Source: Chloroflexota bacterium (GTDB taxonomy: Bacteria; Chloroflexota; UBA11872; VXOZ01). From it: a DNA stretch of 64,000 nt. Shown in pieces: positions 9,346-20,810 of the stretch. A model generated the notes under the pieces. That model did not search any database. It was given only the letters and a program-made list of their open reading frames with translations, and was not told where the DNA came from. The number at the start of each line of letters is the position of its first letter. Position 1 is the first letter of the stretch. The position numbers were made by a program, and so were the translations under genes. The stretch is taken from the NCBI GenBank assembly GCA_964291655.2, contig OZ219802.1:128001-192000 (forward strand), read 5' to 3'.

Positions 9346-11829
9346 TTAAGAAACAACGGCTTCGACGGCATTCTCTAAATGAGCTTGCCGCGGCTGCGCT
9401 GCAAAATGGAGACTCTCTCCCTGTACATCCACGATTACAACAGAGCCTTCAACGAGGTCGCCGTTGAGTAGCATCTTGGCCAGCTTGTTTTCGATTTCGC
9501 GCTGCACATACCTGCGCAAGGGCCGGGCACCATAGTCGTGATCGTACCCATTCTCAACCAGTAGGTCTTTGGCAGCCGGGCTCACGTCCAGTGTGACATC
9601 GCGTTCATCCAAGCGCTGGCGAACTTCAATGAGCATACGCTCGACTACTTCCCGCAACTGCAGCTTATTCAAGTAGTGGAAGACAATAGTCTCATCGATA
9701 CGATTGAGGAACTCAGGCCGGAACGTCTGCCGGAGCTCTCTGTGCAGTTTCGCTTTGATGGATGCAAAGTCTTCCCGTTCCTCGTCTTTGCCGCCGGGTT
9801 GGAAGCCCAGCACTCCGTTGGTGCTGAGCAAATTCGCACCGACGTTGGACGTCATTATGATAACGGTGTTGCGGAAGTCGACAACATGCCCATGGCCGTC
9901 CGTCAAGCGCCCATCTTCCATAACTTGCAGCAAGGTATTGTAGACGTCGGTGTGTGCCTTCTCAATCTCATCGAAGAGCACCACCCGATAGGGACGCCGT
10001 CGGACCGCTTCCGTCAGCTGACCACCCTCTTCAAACCCAACATAGCCCGGAGGCGCGCCAATGAGGCGGCTCACACTGTGGCGCTCTCGATACTCTGACA
10101 TGTCGATGCGCACCAAGGCGTCTTCATCATCAAACATGAATTCGGCGAGCGCGCGGGCGAGTTCGGTCTTGCCAACTCCCGTGGGGCCCACAAAGAGAAA
10201 GCTTCCGATAGGACGCTTGGGATTCGCCAGGCCGGAGCGAGAACGACGAATTGCTTCGGATACGGCCACGATCGCCTCTTCCTGATTGACGATGCGCGTA
10301 TGGAGCTCCTGTTCCATCTGCAGGAGTTTCTCAGTTTCCTCCTGAAAAAGCTGGGCCACCGGGATTCCCGTCCATTTTGCCAGCACCTCTGCGACGTCTT
10401 TTGCGCCAACGTCATCGCGTATCGCCTGGCTGCCGAGCCACTCTTTGCGAGCCGTCTCGTACGCTTCTCGCTGCCGCAGGTGCTCAGTACGATAGTTGGC
10501 AGCCTTCTCGTAGTCCCGATTCTGCCAGGCCGTTTCCTCTTCCTGTTCACACTGCTTCAGTCTATTCTCCAGCTCCTTGATATCTGCCGGCATGCTGAAG
10601 ATTTCCATGCGCACTTTTGCCGCCGCTTCGTCAATGAGGTCGATCGCTTTGTCCGGCAAGAAACGTTCAGTAAGATACCGATGCGATAGCTTCGCCGCAG
10701 CGGTCAAAGCGCTGTCTTCCACTTTCAGCCCGTGGTGTTCTTCGTACTTGTCTCGTAGGCCCTGCAAGATCGCGATTGTGTCCTCAACAGAAGGTTCTTC
10801 AACATAGACCGGCTGGAAGCGCCGCTCGAGAGCGGAGTCTTTTTCGATATGGCGACGGTACTCATCCAAGGTCGTCGCGCCGACAACCTGCAGTTCACCC
10901 CGCGCTAGAGTGGGCTTGAGGATGTTTGCCGCGTCAATAGCGCCTTCAGCACCGCCCGCGCCGACCACGGTGTGAAGTTCGTCGATGAACAGGATGACCT
11001 CGCGCTTGGCCTTCTGCACTTCATCGACGACACCTTTGAGACGTTCTTCGAACTCGCCTCGAAACTTCGCGCCTGCGAGCAGCGCGGCCATGTCCAAAGC
11101 GATGACACGTTTATCCCGCAATTGCTCCGGGACATCTCCGTTTACGATGCGTTGGGCCAGCCCTTCCACAATTGCCGTCTTGCCGACGCCGGGCTCCCCC
11201 ATGAGAACGGGGTTATTCTTGGTGCGCCGGGAAAGGACCTGCATCACGCGACGAATCTCTTCATCCCTGCCAATGACGGGATCGAGGTTTTCATCCCGCG
11301 CAAATTGTGTCAGGTCCAAGCCATAGCGTTCGAGCATACGGTACTTAGACTCTGCCTCGGGATCTGTAACTCGATGAGAACCGCGCACCTTCACCATTGC
11401 CTGATAGATTTTCTCGCGATCGATGCCGGCTTCCCGCAAGATACGGTAGGCATCTCCTTCCTCAATGCCGGATATCGCGATCAAGAGATGCTCGGTCCCG
11501 ACGTATTCATCTTTGAGGCGGACTGCTTCTTTCTCAGCCAACTCAAGCACGCGCTGGGCACGCGGCGTCAGATAGTACTGCGCTTGTCCGCCTTGCCCGA
11601 ATGACACGTGCGGCCGCGGCCGCAACGACATTTCCAAGCCTTGCTCAAGTTGCGCGACATCCACACCTAACGTGCCCAGCATCTGGGGTACGAGGCCGTC
11701 TTGTTGTCTGAGAAGCGCCAGCATGATGTGTTCAGTGTCAAGCTGATTGTGGTTATGCTGGAGCATTGTCTCTTGGGCTTTTGCAAGCGCTTCTTGCGCC
11801 TTTGTCGTGAAACGGTCATTCCACGCCAT
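9346..11829 (-). CDS. clpC: Class 1 Clp/Hsp100 AAA+ ATPase, ClpC-type
   Basis: Clp N repeats, two Walker A motifs ([16 protein letters not shown]), short UVR-like M-domain ([14 protein letters not shown]), LGF ClpP-docking loop (NGVLGF). Confidence 0.85.
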   Translation of the reverse strand: MAWNDRFTTKAQEALAKAQETMLQHNHNQLDTEHIMLALLRQQDGLVPQMLGTLGVDVAQLEQGLEMSLRPRPHVSFGQGGQAQYYLTPRAQRVLELAEKEAVRLKDEYVGTEHLLIAISGIEEGDAYRILREAGIDREKIYQAMVKVRGSHRVTDPEAESKYRMLERYGLDLTQFARDENLDPVIGRDEEIRRVMQVLSRRTKNNPVLMGEPGVGKTAIVEGLAQRIVNGDVPEQLRDKRVIALDMAALLAGAKFRGEFEERLKGVVDEVQKAKREVILFIDELHTVVGAGGAEGAIDAANILKPTLARGELQVVGATTLDEYRRHIEKDSALERRFQPVYVEEPSVEDTIAILQGLRDKYEEHHGLKVEDSALTAAAKLSHRYLTERFLPDKAIDLIDEAAAKVRMEIFSMPADIKELENRLKQCEQEEETAWQNRDYEKAANYRTEHLRQREAYETARKEWLGSQAIRDDVGAKDVAEVLAKWTGIPVAQLFQEETEKLLQMEQELHTRIVNQEEAIVAVSEAIRRSRSGLANPKRPIGSFLFVGPTGVGKTELARALAEFMFDDEDALVRIDMSEYRERHSVSRLIGAPPGYVGFEEGGQLTEAVRRRPYRVVLFDEIEKAHTDVYNTLLQVMEDGRLTDGHGHVVDFRNTVIIMTSNVGANLLSTNGVLGFQPGGKDEEREDFASIKAKLHRELRQTFRPEFLNRIDETIVFHYLNKLQLREVVERMLIEVRQRLDERDVTLDVSPAAKDLLVENGYDHDYGARPLRRYVQREIENKLAKMLLNGDLVEGSVVIVDVQGESLHFAAQPRQAHLENAVEAVVS

Positions 11830-11960
11830 GATTCATCGTCCTTTTCGTTCCGCCTCCTCAATTGCATTGGGAAGCGATAGTTCTCTCCGAGGATTGCTTG
11901 CGCCTTTCTAAAGGAAACAGGCGCCGTCAAAGGGGAGTTTAGCTCTTTGCCTCGTTGCTT

Positions 11961-12323
11961 CTAGTAGTTTCGCGTCACTCGTTGCAACAAACCCTTTAGC
12001 CGAGCAATCTCTGCTTCATACTGTTCTCGCTGTGCGGCGAGTTTCTCATCCATTTCTTGCTGGAGTCTTTCCATGCGCTCGGTGATATTGAGGATTACCT
12101 CTACCCCGGCGAGATTAACGCCAAGGTCATTTACGAGGCGCTGGATCTGCTCCATTCTCTCCAAGTCGGCGTGTGAGTACAGCCGTACATTGCCCTTCGA
12201 GCGACGAGGTTTAACTAATCCGAGACGCTCGTAGTGTCGCAGCGTTTGGGGATGGACACGCAGCACTTCAGCTACGACACCGATTGCAAAGAATGGCCCC
12301 TCGCCTTCGAAGCGGATGTTCAT
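11961..12323 (-). CDS. hspR: MerR-family heat-shock repressor HspR
   Basis: FAIGVVAEVLRVHPQTLRHYERLGLV.P.RS.GN.RLYS...LGVNLAGV. Located after dnaJ. Likely start is ATG 12323. Confidence 0.93.
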   Translation of the reverse strand: MNIRFEGEGPFFAIGVVAEVLRVHPQTLRHYERLGLVKPRRSKGNVRLYSHADLERMEQIQRLVNDLGVNLAGVEVILNITERMERLQQEMDEKLAAQREQYEAEIARLKGLLQRVTRNY

Positions 12324-12375
12324 GAAATCCCTCAATCTCTCAGAGCAGCCTTGCCGCCATTCCCACACGTACCAC

Positions 12376-13389
12376 TTAGGCAGTTACCGGGCTACCCTTG
12401 CGAAGTTGCGCTAATTCTGCAAAGAGCTCTTTTTCGCGAGGAGTTAGTCCCTTTGGCAAGCGAACCTGCACCCGTACGTATAGACTGCCGCGCTCGCCGC
12501 TCTTTAGTCGTGGCATGCCTTGGCCGGCAAGACGAAATATCTGACTGTTTTGAGTCTCAACCGGAATGCGCATTACGACGCTGTTGCCGTCTGGCATCGG
12601 AACCTCTACTTCAGCGCCCAGGACCGCGTCAACCAGGTCCACTTGTACATTCACGTGCAAGTCGTCCGATTTCAATTCAAAGCGAGGGTCCACGGCAATC
12701 TTCACAATCAAATACAGGTTGCCGCGTACTCCATTCTTTCCAGGATGTCCTTCTCCCGCGACTCGGATACGAGAGCCTTCACGCACACCGGCCGGGATCT
12801 TTACGTCGAGCCGGCGCTGCCTCACTCGTGTGCCACTACCCCGGCACTCCGTGCACACCATATTCTCCGTGCGCCCGAGACCGGAACACATGGGACATTG
12901 AACCGGGACTTGCAGGGTAAAAGTGCGGTTGGTGCCGGCGTAGGCTTCTGCGAGCGTGACCTCGATCTCTTGTTCTAAGTCTCGGCCTAGTTGATCACCT
13001 GAACGCTGTGCACGACCGAAGAGCGACTCGAAAAAGTCTGAGAAACCGCCGGGCCCAACGTTGCCGCGACCGAAGCGATCGAAGTCGATGCCGCCGAGCC
13101 CACCTAGGTCAAAGGGGAAACCGTCACCAGCGCCGGTCCGGGCATGCGTTTGCCAGGAACGACCAGACTGATGTGCTGTCCGCACCTGATCGTAGCGCGC
13201 CCGCTTCTTCTCATCCCGGAGCGCCTCATACGCTTCATTTATCTCTTTGAAGCGGTTCTCTGCGCCAACGTCACCAGGGTTCACGTCCGGATGATACTTG
13301 CGGGCAAGCCGCCGATAGGTCTCCTTTATTTCCTTCGTCGAGGACTTTGGCGTAACGCCCAGTACCTTGTAGTAGTCCTTGAACTCCAT
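12376..13389 (-). CDS. dnaJ: DnaJ-family co-chaperone with a reduced zinc finger
   Basis: J domain with HPD, G/F-rich region (FSDFFE), two CxxCxGxG motifs, C-terminal substrate-binding domain. Confidence 0.9.
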   Translation of the reverse strand: MEFKDYYKVLGVTPKSSTKEIKETYRRLARKYHPDVNPGDVGAENRFKEINEAYEALRDEKKRARYDQVRTAHQSGRSWQTHARTGAGDGFPFDLGGLGGIDFDRFGRGNVGPGGFSDFFESLFGRAQRSGDQLGRDLEQEIEVTLAEAYAGTNRTFTLQVPVQCPMCSGLGRTENMVCTECRGSGTRVRQRRLDVKIPAGVREGSRIRVAGEGHPGKNGVRGNLYLIVKIAVDPRFELKSDDLHVNVQVDLVDAVLGAEVEVPMPDGNSVVMRIPVETQNSQIFRLAGQGMPRLKSGERGSLYVRVQVRLPKGLTPREKELFAELAQLRKGSPVTA

Positions 13390-13443
13390 TGCACTCTCTT
13401 TACAGCGCAGGGTGCAACGCTAAGCTGCAAAACCTGGCGCCGT

Positions 13444-14091
13444 CTATGTTGTCTCCATCGAGTCCTCATCCGCTTGGCGAGTCTGCGCCACCCGGACTCT
13501 CGCGGGACGCAGTACCGCGTCGCCAAACAGATAGCCGGTCTGGATTTCGCCAACGACCATATCTGCACCCTCGTCGCCCTGTACCGGCTGCACTTCTACA
13601 GCTTCGTGAAAACGTGGATCGAAGAGCTCTCCCACCGCCGAAATTCGCTTTACTTCCTGACTCTCCAGCGCATCGTGAAGCTGCACGAGGGTCATGCGAA
13701 CTCCGGTGAGTAAGTCTTCAACAGTATTAACCTGATGCTGCTCCTGATATGCAACTGCTCTCTCAAGGTTGTCGACAACTGGCAGGATAGCGTAGAAAAT
13801 CTGCTTCTGACCGTCGCGGACACCCTCTGCGATGAATTGGACAGATCTCCTGCGGTAATTCTCTAAATCGGCCCGCGCACGCAGGAACCTATCCTTGTAC
13901 ATTTCGGCTTCCTGCGTCGCAGCAGCAAGTTGCTCTTCCAACGTTGTCTCTGAGCTGGGTTCTTCTATTGGGACATCTTCATCGGCTTCACAGGCTGGCG
14001 AGCCCTGAACTTCCTCATCCCACCCCGGAGAAGCAGCGCAGACTTCCGGGGTTCCCCTACCTGACTGTTCGCTTTGTTGAGACTGTGCCAC
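13444..14091 (-). CDS. grpE: Nucleotide exchange factor GrpE
   Basis: LRARADLENYRRR, LPVVDNLERA, FDPRFHEAV, GY...VLRPARV. Confidence 0.96.
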   Translation of the reverse strand: MAQSQQSEQSGRGTPEVCAASPGWDEEVQGSPACEADEDVPIEEPSSETTLEEQLAAATQEAEMYKDRFLRARADLENYRRRSVQFIAEGVRDGQKQIFYAILPVVDNLERAVAYQEQHQVNTVEDLLTGVRMTLVQLHDALESQEVKRISAVGELFDPRFHEAVEVQPVQGDEGADMVVGEIQTGYLFGDAVLRPARVRVAQTRQADEDSMETT

Positions 14092-14139
14092 GAGATTCCT
14101 ACCTCCCAGAGAGCGGTGGCTGATTAAGGCGCCGCTGTG

Positions 14140-16107
14140 CTACCGCTTCTCACTGTCTGACGCTTCCGCCTTACCGTCAGCTTCCGATTCATCTGTGGCA
14201 CGGAATTCAGCATCGACGACACTGTCGTCCGTAGTTTCGGTGCTGCCTTCTTGCGCACTTGCGGCAGCGCCAACCGGATCGCCGTCTTCACCTTGCGCGG
14301 CGCCGGCCTTGGCATACATGGCCTCACCAATCTTCAAAGACGCTTGCTCCACCTCTTCCACCGCCGCGTTGATGCTGGTTGCATCATCGCCCTTCAGTGC
14401 CTCGCGCAGTCTTTCCAGCGCTTCCTCGACAGCCGTGCGGTCTTCCTCCGGCACCTCGTCGCCGAGGTCCTTGAGCGTTCGTTCCGTTTGATACAGGAGC
14501 GTGTCCGCGCGGTTTCGCAATTCTACTTCCTCTGCCCGGGCGCGGTCGTCGTCGGCATGCTCTTCGGCTTCCTTGACCATCTGGTCCACCTGCTCCTTGC
14601 TGAGCGTGGTGGAGGCGTGGATAGTCACATTTTGCTCTTTGCCGCTGCCCAAGTCCTTGGCCGTTACGTTCAAAATGCCATTGGCGTCGATATCAAACGT
14701 GACTTCAACCTGTGGTACGCCGCGCGGCGCAGGCGGGATACCCTCCAGGCGGAACTGGCCTAACAGCATGTTGTCTTTCGCCATTGGGCGTTCGCCCTGG
14801 AAGACCATGATGTCTACGGCATTCTGACCGTCTTGCGCGGTCGAGAAAATCTCGCCCTTCCGGGTCGGCACAGTAGTGTTGCGCTCGATCATCTTCGTAA
14901 AGACTCCTCCGAGCGTCTCGACACCAAGACTTAATGGTGTTACGTCAAGTAGGACGACGTCCTGCACCTCGCCACCGAGCACGCCGGCCTGGATAGCCGC
15001 GCCAACGGCCACAACTTCATCCGGATTGACGCCTTGGTGGGGGTCTTTGCCGATCAGCTTCTTGACCAGTTCTTGAATCACCGGCATGCGAGTTGCGCCA
15101 CCCACGAGCACCACTTCATCAATGTCATTGGGGCCAAGCGCGGCATCACTCAATGCCTGCTGAAAGGGCCTCTGGGTACGCTCCGTCAGCGAAGCGGTCA
15201 GGTCTTCGAACCGGGCGCGCGTTAGGGTGTGGGACAAGTGCTTTGGACCATTCTGGTCGGCGGTGATGTATGGCAGATTGATCTCTGTCTGGACCATTGT
15301 GGAAAGCTCAACCTTGGCCTTCTCCGCAGCTTCGATCAAACGTTGCAGTGCCTGCCGGTCCTTGCGCAGGTCAATTCCTTCATCGCTCTGAAACTGCTCT
15401 GCGAGATGGCTGACGATCTTGTCGTCGTAGTCGTCACCGCCGAGATGGGTATCCCCCGCCGTAGACTTGACCTCAAACACGCCATCGCCAACTTCAAGAA
15501 TCGAGACGTCAAACGTTCCTCCGCCCAAGTCCCAGACCAGAATAGTCTCTGTAGTTTTCTTCTCCAGACCATACGCGAGAGATGCGGCGGTGGGCTCATT
15601 GATAATGCGCAGCACCTCAAGGCCGGCAATCTGGCCCGCATTTTTCGTGGCCTGCCGCTGGCTGTCATTGAAGTACGCCGGCACGGTGATTACGGCCTGC
15701 GTGACCTCCTCACCGAGATATTTCTCGGCGTCGCCCTTGAGCTTCTGCAGGATCATCGCGGCGATTTCTTCCGGCGTAAAGTCCCTGCCCAGAGCCGGAA
15801 CCGCAACTCGCGCTTCCCCTTTTGGGCCCTTCGTAATCGTGTAAGCAACCAGTCGGTTTTCGTTCTGCACTTCATCTTGGCGATGGCCCATGAAACGCTT
15901 GATAGAAGATACCGTATTTTCCGGATTCAGCACGGCTTGGCGTCGTGCCAATTGGCCTACCAGGCGCTCTTCACCCTTGGTGAAAGCCACCACAGAAGGG
16001 CAGAGGTCTCCACCTTCCGAAGTTGGGATGACTACGGGGTCACCACCCTCCATCACTGCGACCACAGAGTTGGTCGTGCCTAGGTCTATACCAATGATTT
16101 TGCCCAT
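14140..16107 (-). CDS. dnaK: Chaperone DnaK (Hsp70)
   Basis: [44 protein letters not shown]. Confidence 0.99.
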   Translation of the reverse strand: MGKIIGIDLGTTNSVVAVMEGGDPVVIPTSEGGDLCPSVVAFTKGEERLVGQLARRQAVLNPENTVSSIKRFMGHRQDEVQNENRLVAYTITKGPKGEARVAVPALGRDFTPEEIAAMILQKLKGDAEKYLGEEVTQAVITVPAYFNDSQRQATKNAGQIAGLEVLRIINEPTAASLAYGLEKKTTETILVWDLGGGTFDVSILEVGDGVFEVKSTAGDTHLGGDDYDDKIVSHLAEQFQSDEGIDLRKDRQALQRLIEAAEKAKVELSTMVQTEINLPYITADQNGPKHLSHTLTRARFEDLTASLTERTQRPFQQALSDAALGPNDIDEVVLVGGATRMPVIQELVKKLIGKDPHQGVNPDEVVAVGAAIQAGVLGGEVQDVVLLDVTPLSLGVETLGGVFTKMIERNTTVPTRKGEIFSTAQDGQNAVDIMVFQGERPMAKDNMLLGQFRLEGIPPAPRGVPQVEVTFDIDANGILNVTAKDLGSGKEQNVTIHASTTLSKEQVDQMVKEAEEHADDDRARAEEVELRNRADTLLYQTERTLKDLGDEVPEEDRTAVEEALERLREALKGDDATSINAAVEEVEQASLKIGEAMYAKAGAAQGEDGDPVGAAASAQEGSTETTDDSVVDAEFRATDESEADGKAEASDSEKR

Positions 16108-16112
16108 ACTCG

Positions 16113-18590
16113 TTATGCCTCCTCAGCTATCGTTGGACTGATCGGTGTAACAACCGGGTGACTCTCTGGCGGTGGCGCCGGAAGTCTCCGCTTTCTTGTC
16201 GGGAATTTTGTCCTGCTCTTGTTACTCAAAACGGTCTTCAATAATGCGGCGTCAAGCACTTCATCCATTGTGTCGGCCCAAATGATCTTTAATTGATCGA
16301 GCGCTTCCTTGGGAACATCCTCCAAGCTATGCTTGTTCTTGCTGGGAAGAACCACGGCTTGCATGCCCGCTCGGTGGGCCGCGAGCAGCTTCTCTTTGAG
16401 CCCGCTCACCGGCAGCACCCGACCGCGCAAGGTGACCTCACCGGTCATCGCAACGTCTTTGCTCACGGGACGTTGGGTGAAGATGGAGATAATCGACGTT
16501 GCCATCGCCACCCCCGCGGAGGGTCCTTCCTTTGGCACGGCGCCAGCGGGCACGTGCACATGGAGGTCGTTCTTTTCAATGACGTCCGCCGCGATGTTGA
16601 ATGCCCGTGCCTTAGCGCGCGCAAAGGAAAGTGCCGTCACTGCGGACTCTTGCATGACTTCGCCCAGTTGGCCTGTCAAGATCAGATTGCCCTTGCCTTT
16701 CATGAGTGCAGCTTCTACCGTGCTGATCTCGCCGCCTGCGGCGGTCCAAGCTAAACCGGTAACCACGCCGACCTCATTCTGCCGCTTGTCGAGCTTCGTG
16801 TTGAGCTTCTCCGGACCCAGCAATTCCTGCACGCGGCGGGGACCGATGCGAACCGACTTCTGTTCGCCTGCGGCTACCAAGCGCGCGACTTTCCGGTCGA
16901 TGGTGGCGATCTGCCGTTCCAAGTTCCGCACACCGGCTTCTGCCGTGTAGCCGCGGACTATTCTGCGCAAACCGTCGTCCGTCATTTTGCATTGCGACCG
17001 TGTGAGCCCATGCTGCTTGAGTTGCCTCGGTACCAAGTACCCCCGAGCAATATGGAGTTTCTCTTCCTCTGTATAGCCCGAAATATTGATGACTTCCATG
17101 CGATCAAGAAGGGCGGGCGGAATAGTCTCCATCAAGTTTCCCGTCGCTACAAAGAGGACGTTAGAGAGATCGTAGGGAACCTCTAGATAGTGATCGGAAA
17201 AGCTAAAGTTCTGTTCCGGGTCGAGCACTTCGAGCATGGCGCTCGAAGGATCGCCGCGGAAGTCGTAGCCGAGCTTATCAATCTCATCCAGCACGAAGAC
17301 CGGATTATTTACTCCGCCTTGTCGCATTCCCTGTATTATCCTGCCGGGTAGTGCGCCAATGTACGTGCGGCGATGACCTCTGATCTCCCCTTCATCCCGT
17401 ACGCCGCCCAAACTAATTCGAACGAACTTGCGGTCCAAGGCTCGTGCTATCGAACGACCGAGCGACGTCTTGCCTACACCAGGTGGACCTATGAGACAGA
17501 GTATGGGGGTCCGTGCATGCTTGGCGAGGCTGCGCACGGCCAGGTACTCGAGAATGCGATCTTTAACTTTGTCGAGACCATAGTGATCTTGATCCAGGAT
17601 CGTCTTGACTTGGCTTATGTCAATTTCTTCATCTGAGCTACTTGCCCACGGCAGCCCAAGGAGCCACTCAAGGTAGGTGCGCACAATGCCGACTTCAGGT
17701 GACGCCGATGGCATGTTGCCCAAACGTCCGGCCTCGTGCCGCGCCTTGTCCTTTACCTCGTCCGGCATGTTCGAGTCTTCGATGGCCTTTTTGATTTCTT
17801 CGATCTCGGCCAGTTGTGGGTTGGCCTCTCCCAGTTCACGGTGGATCGCCTTAAGCTGTTCTCGGAGGTAGTACTCGCGCTGGGCTTTCTCCATGCCCTG
17901 CTGGATCTCGCCTTGGATGCGCGACTTGACCTCAGAGATTTGCAGTTGACGGGCCATAATGCGGTAGACACGCTGCAGCCGTTCCACGGGGTCTATGATG
18001 CCGAGCAGTACACGCCGTTCATCGAGAGTCAGCTCCGGAGCGTAGCCAAACAGGTCAGCAAGGCGACCGGGATCATCCATGCCCCGCGCCACCGCTACCG
18101 CGTCGCGCGGCACCTGGGGCTCTTTTTCAACGTATGCTTCAATTTGGTTGATTACGCTCCGCACCAAGGCTTCAGTTTCCAAAGTAGACTCGACCACCTC
18201 ATCAACAGCTTCGACCTCAGCGATCAAGTGCTTCTTCTTCCAAATGTCGTTCAAGCGGCCCCGTTGTTGGCCCTGGAAGAGCGCCTGATGTTTGCCGTCT
18301 GGGAGTCGAATGAGCTGACCTACGCCGGCAATGGTGCCCACTGTGCCGGCATGCTCACGCTTCGGTCGCTTAAGGTTGAACTCCTTGTCTGGCGTGAGAA
18401 GCAGCACCTTATGATCGCCCTCAGTCGCCGCCGATACTGCTCGGAATGCAGCCTCATCTTCCAGGCGCAAAGGCACCGTCATGTGTGGAAACACAACGGA
18501 ATCCGTAAGTACTACCACTGGCAGGCGCACAAGTGTTTGCTGTGCCGAGTCCTCGTCCAACTGTTGTCCTTCTTCAGGCAGCTTGGCCAT
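16113..18590 (-). CDS. lon: ATP-dependent protease Lon (LonA)
   Basis: Lon N-domain, [37 protein letters not shown], catalytic PKEGPSAG and GLKEK. Confidence 0.98.
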   Translation of the reverse strand: MAKLPEEGQQLDEDSAQQTLVRLPVVVLTDSVVFPHMTVPLRLEDEAAFRAVSAATEGDHKVLLLTPDKEFNLKRPKREHAGTVGTIAGVGQLIRLPDGKHQALFQGQQRGRLNDIWKKKHLIAEVEAVDEVVESTLETEALVRSVINQIEAYVEKEPQVPRDAVAVARGMDDPGRLADLFGYAPELTLDERRVLLGIIDPVERLQRVYRIMARQLQISEVKSRIQGEIQQGMEKAQREYYLREQLKAIHRELGEANPQLAEIEEIKKAIEDSNMPDEVKDKARHEAGRLGNMPSASPEVGIVRTYLEWLLGLPWASSSDEEIDISQVKTILDQDHYGLDKVKDRILEYLAVRSLAKHARTPILCLIGPPGVGKTSLGRSIARALDRKFVRISLGGVRDEGEIRGHRRTYIGALPGRIIQGMRQGGVNNPVFVLDEIDKLGYDFRGDPSSAMLEVLDPEQNFSFSDHYLEVPYDLSNVLFVATGNLMETIPPALLDRMEVINISGYTEEEKLHIARGYLVPRQLKQHGLTRSQCKMTDDGLRRIVRGYTAEAGVRNLERQIATIDRKVARLVAAGEQKSVRIGPRRVQELLGPEKLNTKLDKRQNEVGVVTGLAWTAAGGEISTVEAALMKGKGNLILTGQLGEVMQESAVTALSFARAKARAFNIAADVIEKNDLHVHVPAGAVPKEGPSAGVAMATSIISIFTQRPVSKDVAMTGEVTLRGRVLPVSGLKEKLLAAHRAGMQAVVLPSKNKHSLEDVPKEALDQLKIIWADTMDEVLDAALLKTVLSNKSRTKFPTRKRRLPAPPPESHPVVTPISPTIAEEA

Positions 18591-18636
18591 GCCAATGTGT
18601 CCTCATCTATTCCCACAGGAATGCTTCACTAAACTC

Positions 18637-18666
18637 ATCTTACAGCTTGAGTGTCTCCGTGTCAAC
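18637..18666 (-). promoter_or_regulatory. Sigma70-type promoter of the lon-dnaK operon overlapped by a HAIR (HspR) operator
   Basis: Minus strand TTGACA-17nt-TAAGAT. Plus strand CTTGAGT-N7-TGTCAAC (18646-18666) resembles the HAIR consensus CTTGAGT-N7-ACTCAAG. hspR is in the operon. Confidence 0.82.
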
Positions 18667-18890
18667 TAAACTGCATCAACGCATATACCCTTATCATACA
18701 CAGCCATATGAGATATGGCAAAACATTCGCGCTTTTCGTGAGTTCCCCAAAAAAAGCCGTCGGAATTCACAATGCTCACTTTCCCACCAAATACTAGCTA
18801 AGTTTGCGCCATCGAAACCAATGGTGGCTCTGCTCGATGACAGCATATGATCACAGCATGAATTGTACGCCTTAGGCCTGTATCCGTTAA

Positions 18891-18926
18891 ATGACAAGCC
18901 GCCCGGGCGTACGAGCGGCTTGTCAT
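18891..18926 (-). terminator. Strong hairpin downstream of the amidase gene
   Basis: ATGACAAGCCGC...GCGGCTTGTCAT perfect 12-bp inverted repeat, extendable with a G-U pair on the minus strand. Confidence 0.6.
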
Positions 18927-19015
18927 CAGGAAAAATGGAGGAAGGATCGGTGCGTATATGTTTGTGGGCAACATATACGTACATTCAATTTGATGAATAC
19001 ACGAAGGCAGGGATC

Positions 19016-20605
19016 TCAGTCGAAGAGCAATGCCCTTTGGCGAAGAATTGCGTCGCCCAAAAGTCCTAGCTGCACTTCATAGCGTGTACCGGCATGTTGT
19101 GGATGGTATTCGAAGCGAGCACGTTGGAAATACTGCACGATTCGACCATCCTCAACAATTTCTTGTGAAATGGGATAACCAAAGATGTAGATTCCGCCAT
19201 TCTCGCGGAAAAACTTTAGGAAGGCGAAGTGAACTGAGTGTCCTGTCTCGGGGAAGTACTGTTGGGTCTCTGTAGTCGGCATCGGCGCCACCGTAACGGC
19301 AGCAGGGTCACCTCTGCGAATTTCATTGCCAAGCAGTGTCAGCTGAACTTCATAGGGGGTGCCGGCGAATTTCGGATGATACTCAAACCGTGCCCGCTGG
19401 AAATACTGGACCGTCATGCCTTCATCCGTCATTTCTTCGGTGCGGGGAAAGCCAAAGATATCGACTCCACCGTACGCCTCAAAGAACCTGCGAAACCCAC
19501 CAAAGATGTTGTGCCCTGTTTGATTGAAGTACGTCACATCCGGACCTTCAATTCTTGGCACTGGGTCAGTGGGAAGCTTGTCTCGCAAGCCGATGCTCAC
19601 CCAAAGATCGTCGCCAAGGTTCATTCCACCGGGACCTTGCATGGACCAAACTCCCATGCAGTCGCCGCATACCGTTGGGGCCCGAAGCTCAACACTCACT
19701 GCGCCGGTCTGTCCTGGCATGAGGTAGGGCAATGGCACGCTCACAGGCCCTCCCAACCGATTTCTGCCTTTGAAAACCAACCGAAAGTCTCCGTCCCACG
19801 GCACACCGCCGGTGTTCATTACTTTCCAGGTTTTGATGAAATTGCTGCCTGGGAGCACTGCCGTGCCGTCCGGAATTGTCAAGTCTTCTACAAATCGTCC
19901 GTCCGGGTCGCTGAAGTATGAGAGAATGCCTCTATAGAGCGAACTTGCAACCTTCTGTTGGTAGCTCGGGTCATTGAGCTTGATTGCTTCTGCGTAGTTG
20001 GTCAACGTACCAACCTCCGCGATCACTGCCGGCAAGTCTATCTTGCCAAGGATGTAGTACGGAATGGACCGTACGCCGCGGTCATCTGCTTGGGTGATCA
20101 GTTGAAGATTGTCTCGAATTCTACGTGCAAGGTTTCTACTTTGGGCGATTAGTTCTGGCGGTCGTGTGTGGGGGTAGAGGTAGCCACTCTCCGGCCCAAA
20201 GAAAACCACCACTCCCGTACGTGAGGCATCCGCCAGTGAGTCCGCATGGATTGAAACGAAGATGTCTCCATTTGACTCGTTCGCAATCTGCAAGCGGGCT
20301 TCCAAGTCTGATCTGCGATGGTTCGCGCTAGTTCCCAAAGTTGAGTCATCAACTCGGGTATAGATTGTGGTTGCGCCTGCCGACTCCAAGAGCGACTTGA
20401 GCTTGAGGGCAATCTGGATATTGACGTCTTTTTCTCTAAAGCCATTGACTACTGCTCCCGGGTCTTCGCCGCCATGTCCAGGGTCGATAACTATGGCTTT
20501 ACCGGCGAGTGGACCCGCCGCTTGTACAAAGCTGCTGGGTAATCCTAACGCGGTAACAACGAAGATCAGCAGGGTTGAGAAAATAGAGACGCGAATAGAC
20601 CGCAT
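19016..20605 (-). CDS. N-acetylmuramoyl-L-alanine amidase (Amidase_3) with NBR1-like Ig domain and two FPETGH-type repeats
   Basis: Signal peptide. Zn/catalytic residues in IDPGHGG, REKD, SIHAD and IAEVG. Ig-like FVEDLTIPDGT...F.KTW...NTG..W. Repeats YF..TGH...GG..IFG.P...VQYFQRARFEYHP. Confidence 0.88.
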   Translation of the reverse strand: MRSIRVSIFSTLLIFVVTALGLPSSFVQAAGPLAGKAIVIDPGHGGEDPGAVVNGFREKDVNIQIALKLKSLLESAGATTIYTRVDDSTLGTSANHRRSDLEARLQIANESNGDIFVSIHADSLADASRTGVVVFFGPESGYLYPHTRPPELIAQSRNLARRIRDNLQLITQADDRGVRSIPYYILGKIDLPAVIAEVGTLTNYAEAIKLNDPSYQQKVASSLYRGILSYFSDPDGRFVEDLTIPDGTAVLPGSNFIKTWKVMNTGGVPWDGDFRLVFKGRNRLGGPVSVPLPYLMPGQTGAVSVELRAPTVCGDCMGVWSMQGPGGMNLGDDLWVSIGLRDKLPTDPVPRIEGPDVTYFNQTGHNIFGGFRRFFEAYGGVDIFGFPRTEEMTDEGMTVQYFQRARFEYHPKFAGTPYEVQLTLLGNEIRRGDPAAVTVAPMPTTETQQYFPETGHSVHFAFLKFFRENGGIYIFGYPISQEIVEDGRIVQYFQRARFEYHPQHAGTRYEVQLGLLGDAILRQRALLFD

Positions 20606-20810
20606 ACGTCTTTCGCCGAGGTAAAATACGGCAAAGGCAAGATTGAAAGGGAACAAACGAACGTAGAGAGGTCTTACGGGACTAGTATAGCACGGCGAGA
20701 TTTAGCTTGCAAGCTCTTGGCTAGATTTCTGCAAAGTAATGATGGGGAGCAGGATCCTGTCCGTGGAAATGGGTCTCACCGGCGACTTGGGATGGCGAGA
20801 CCGCCGGCTC

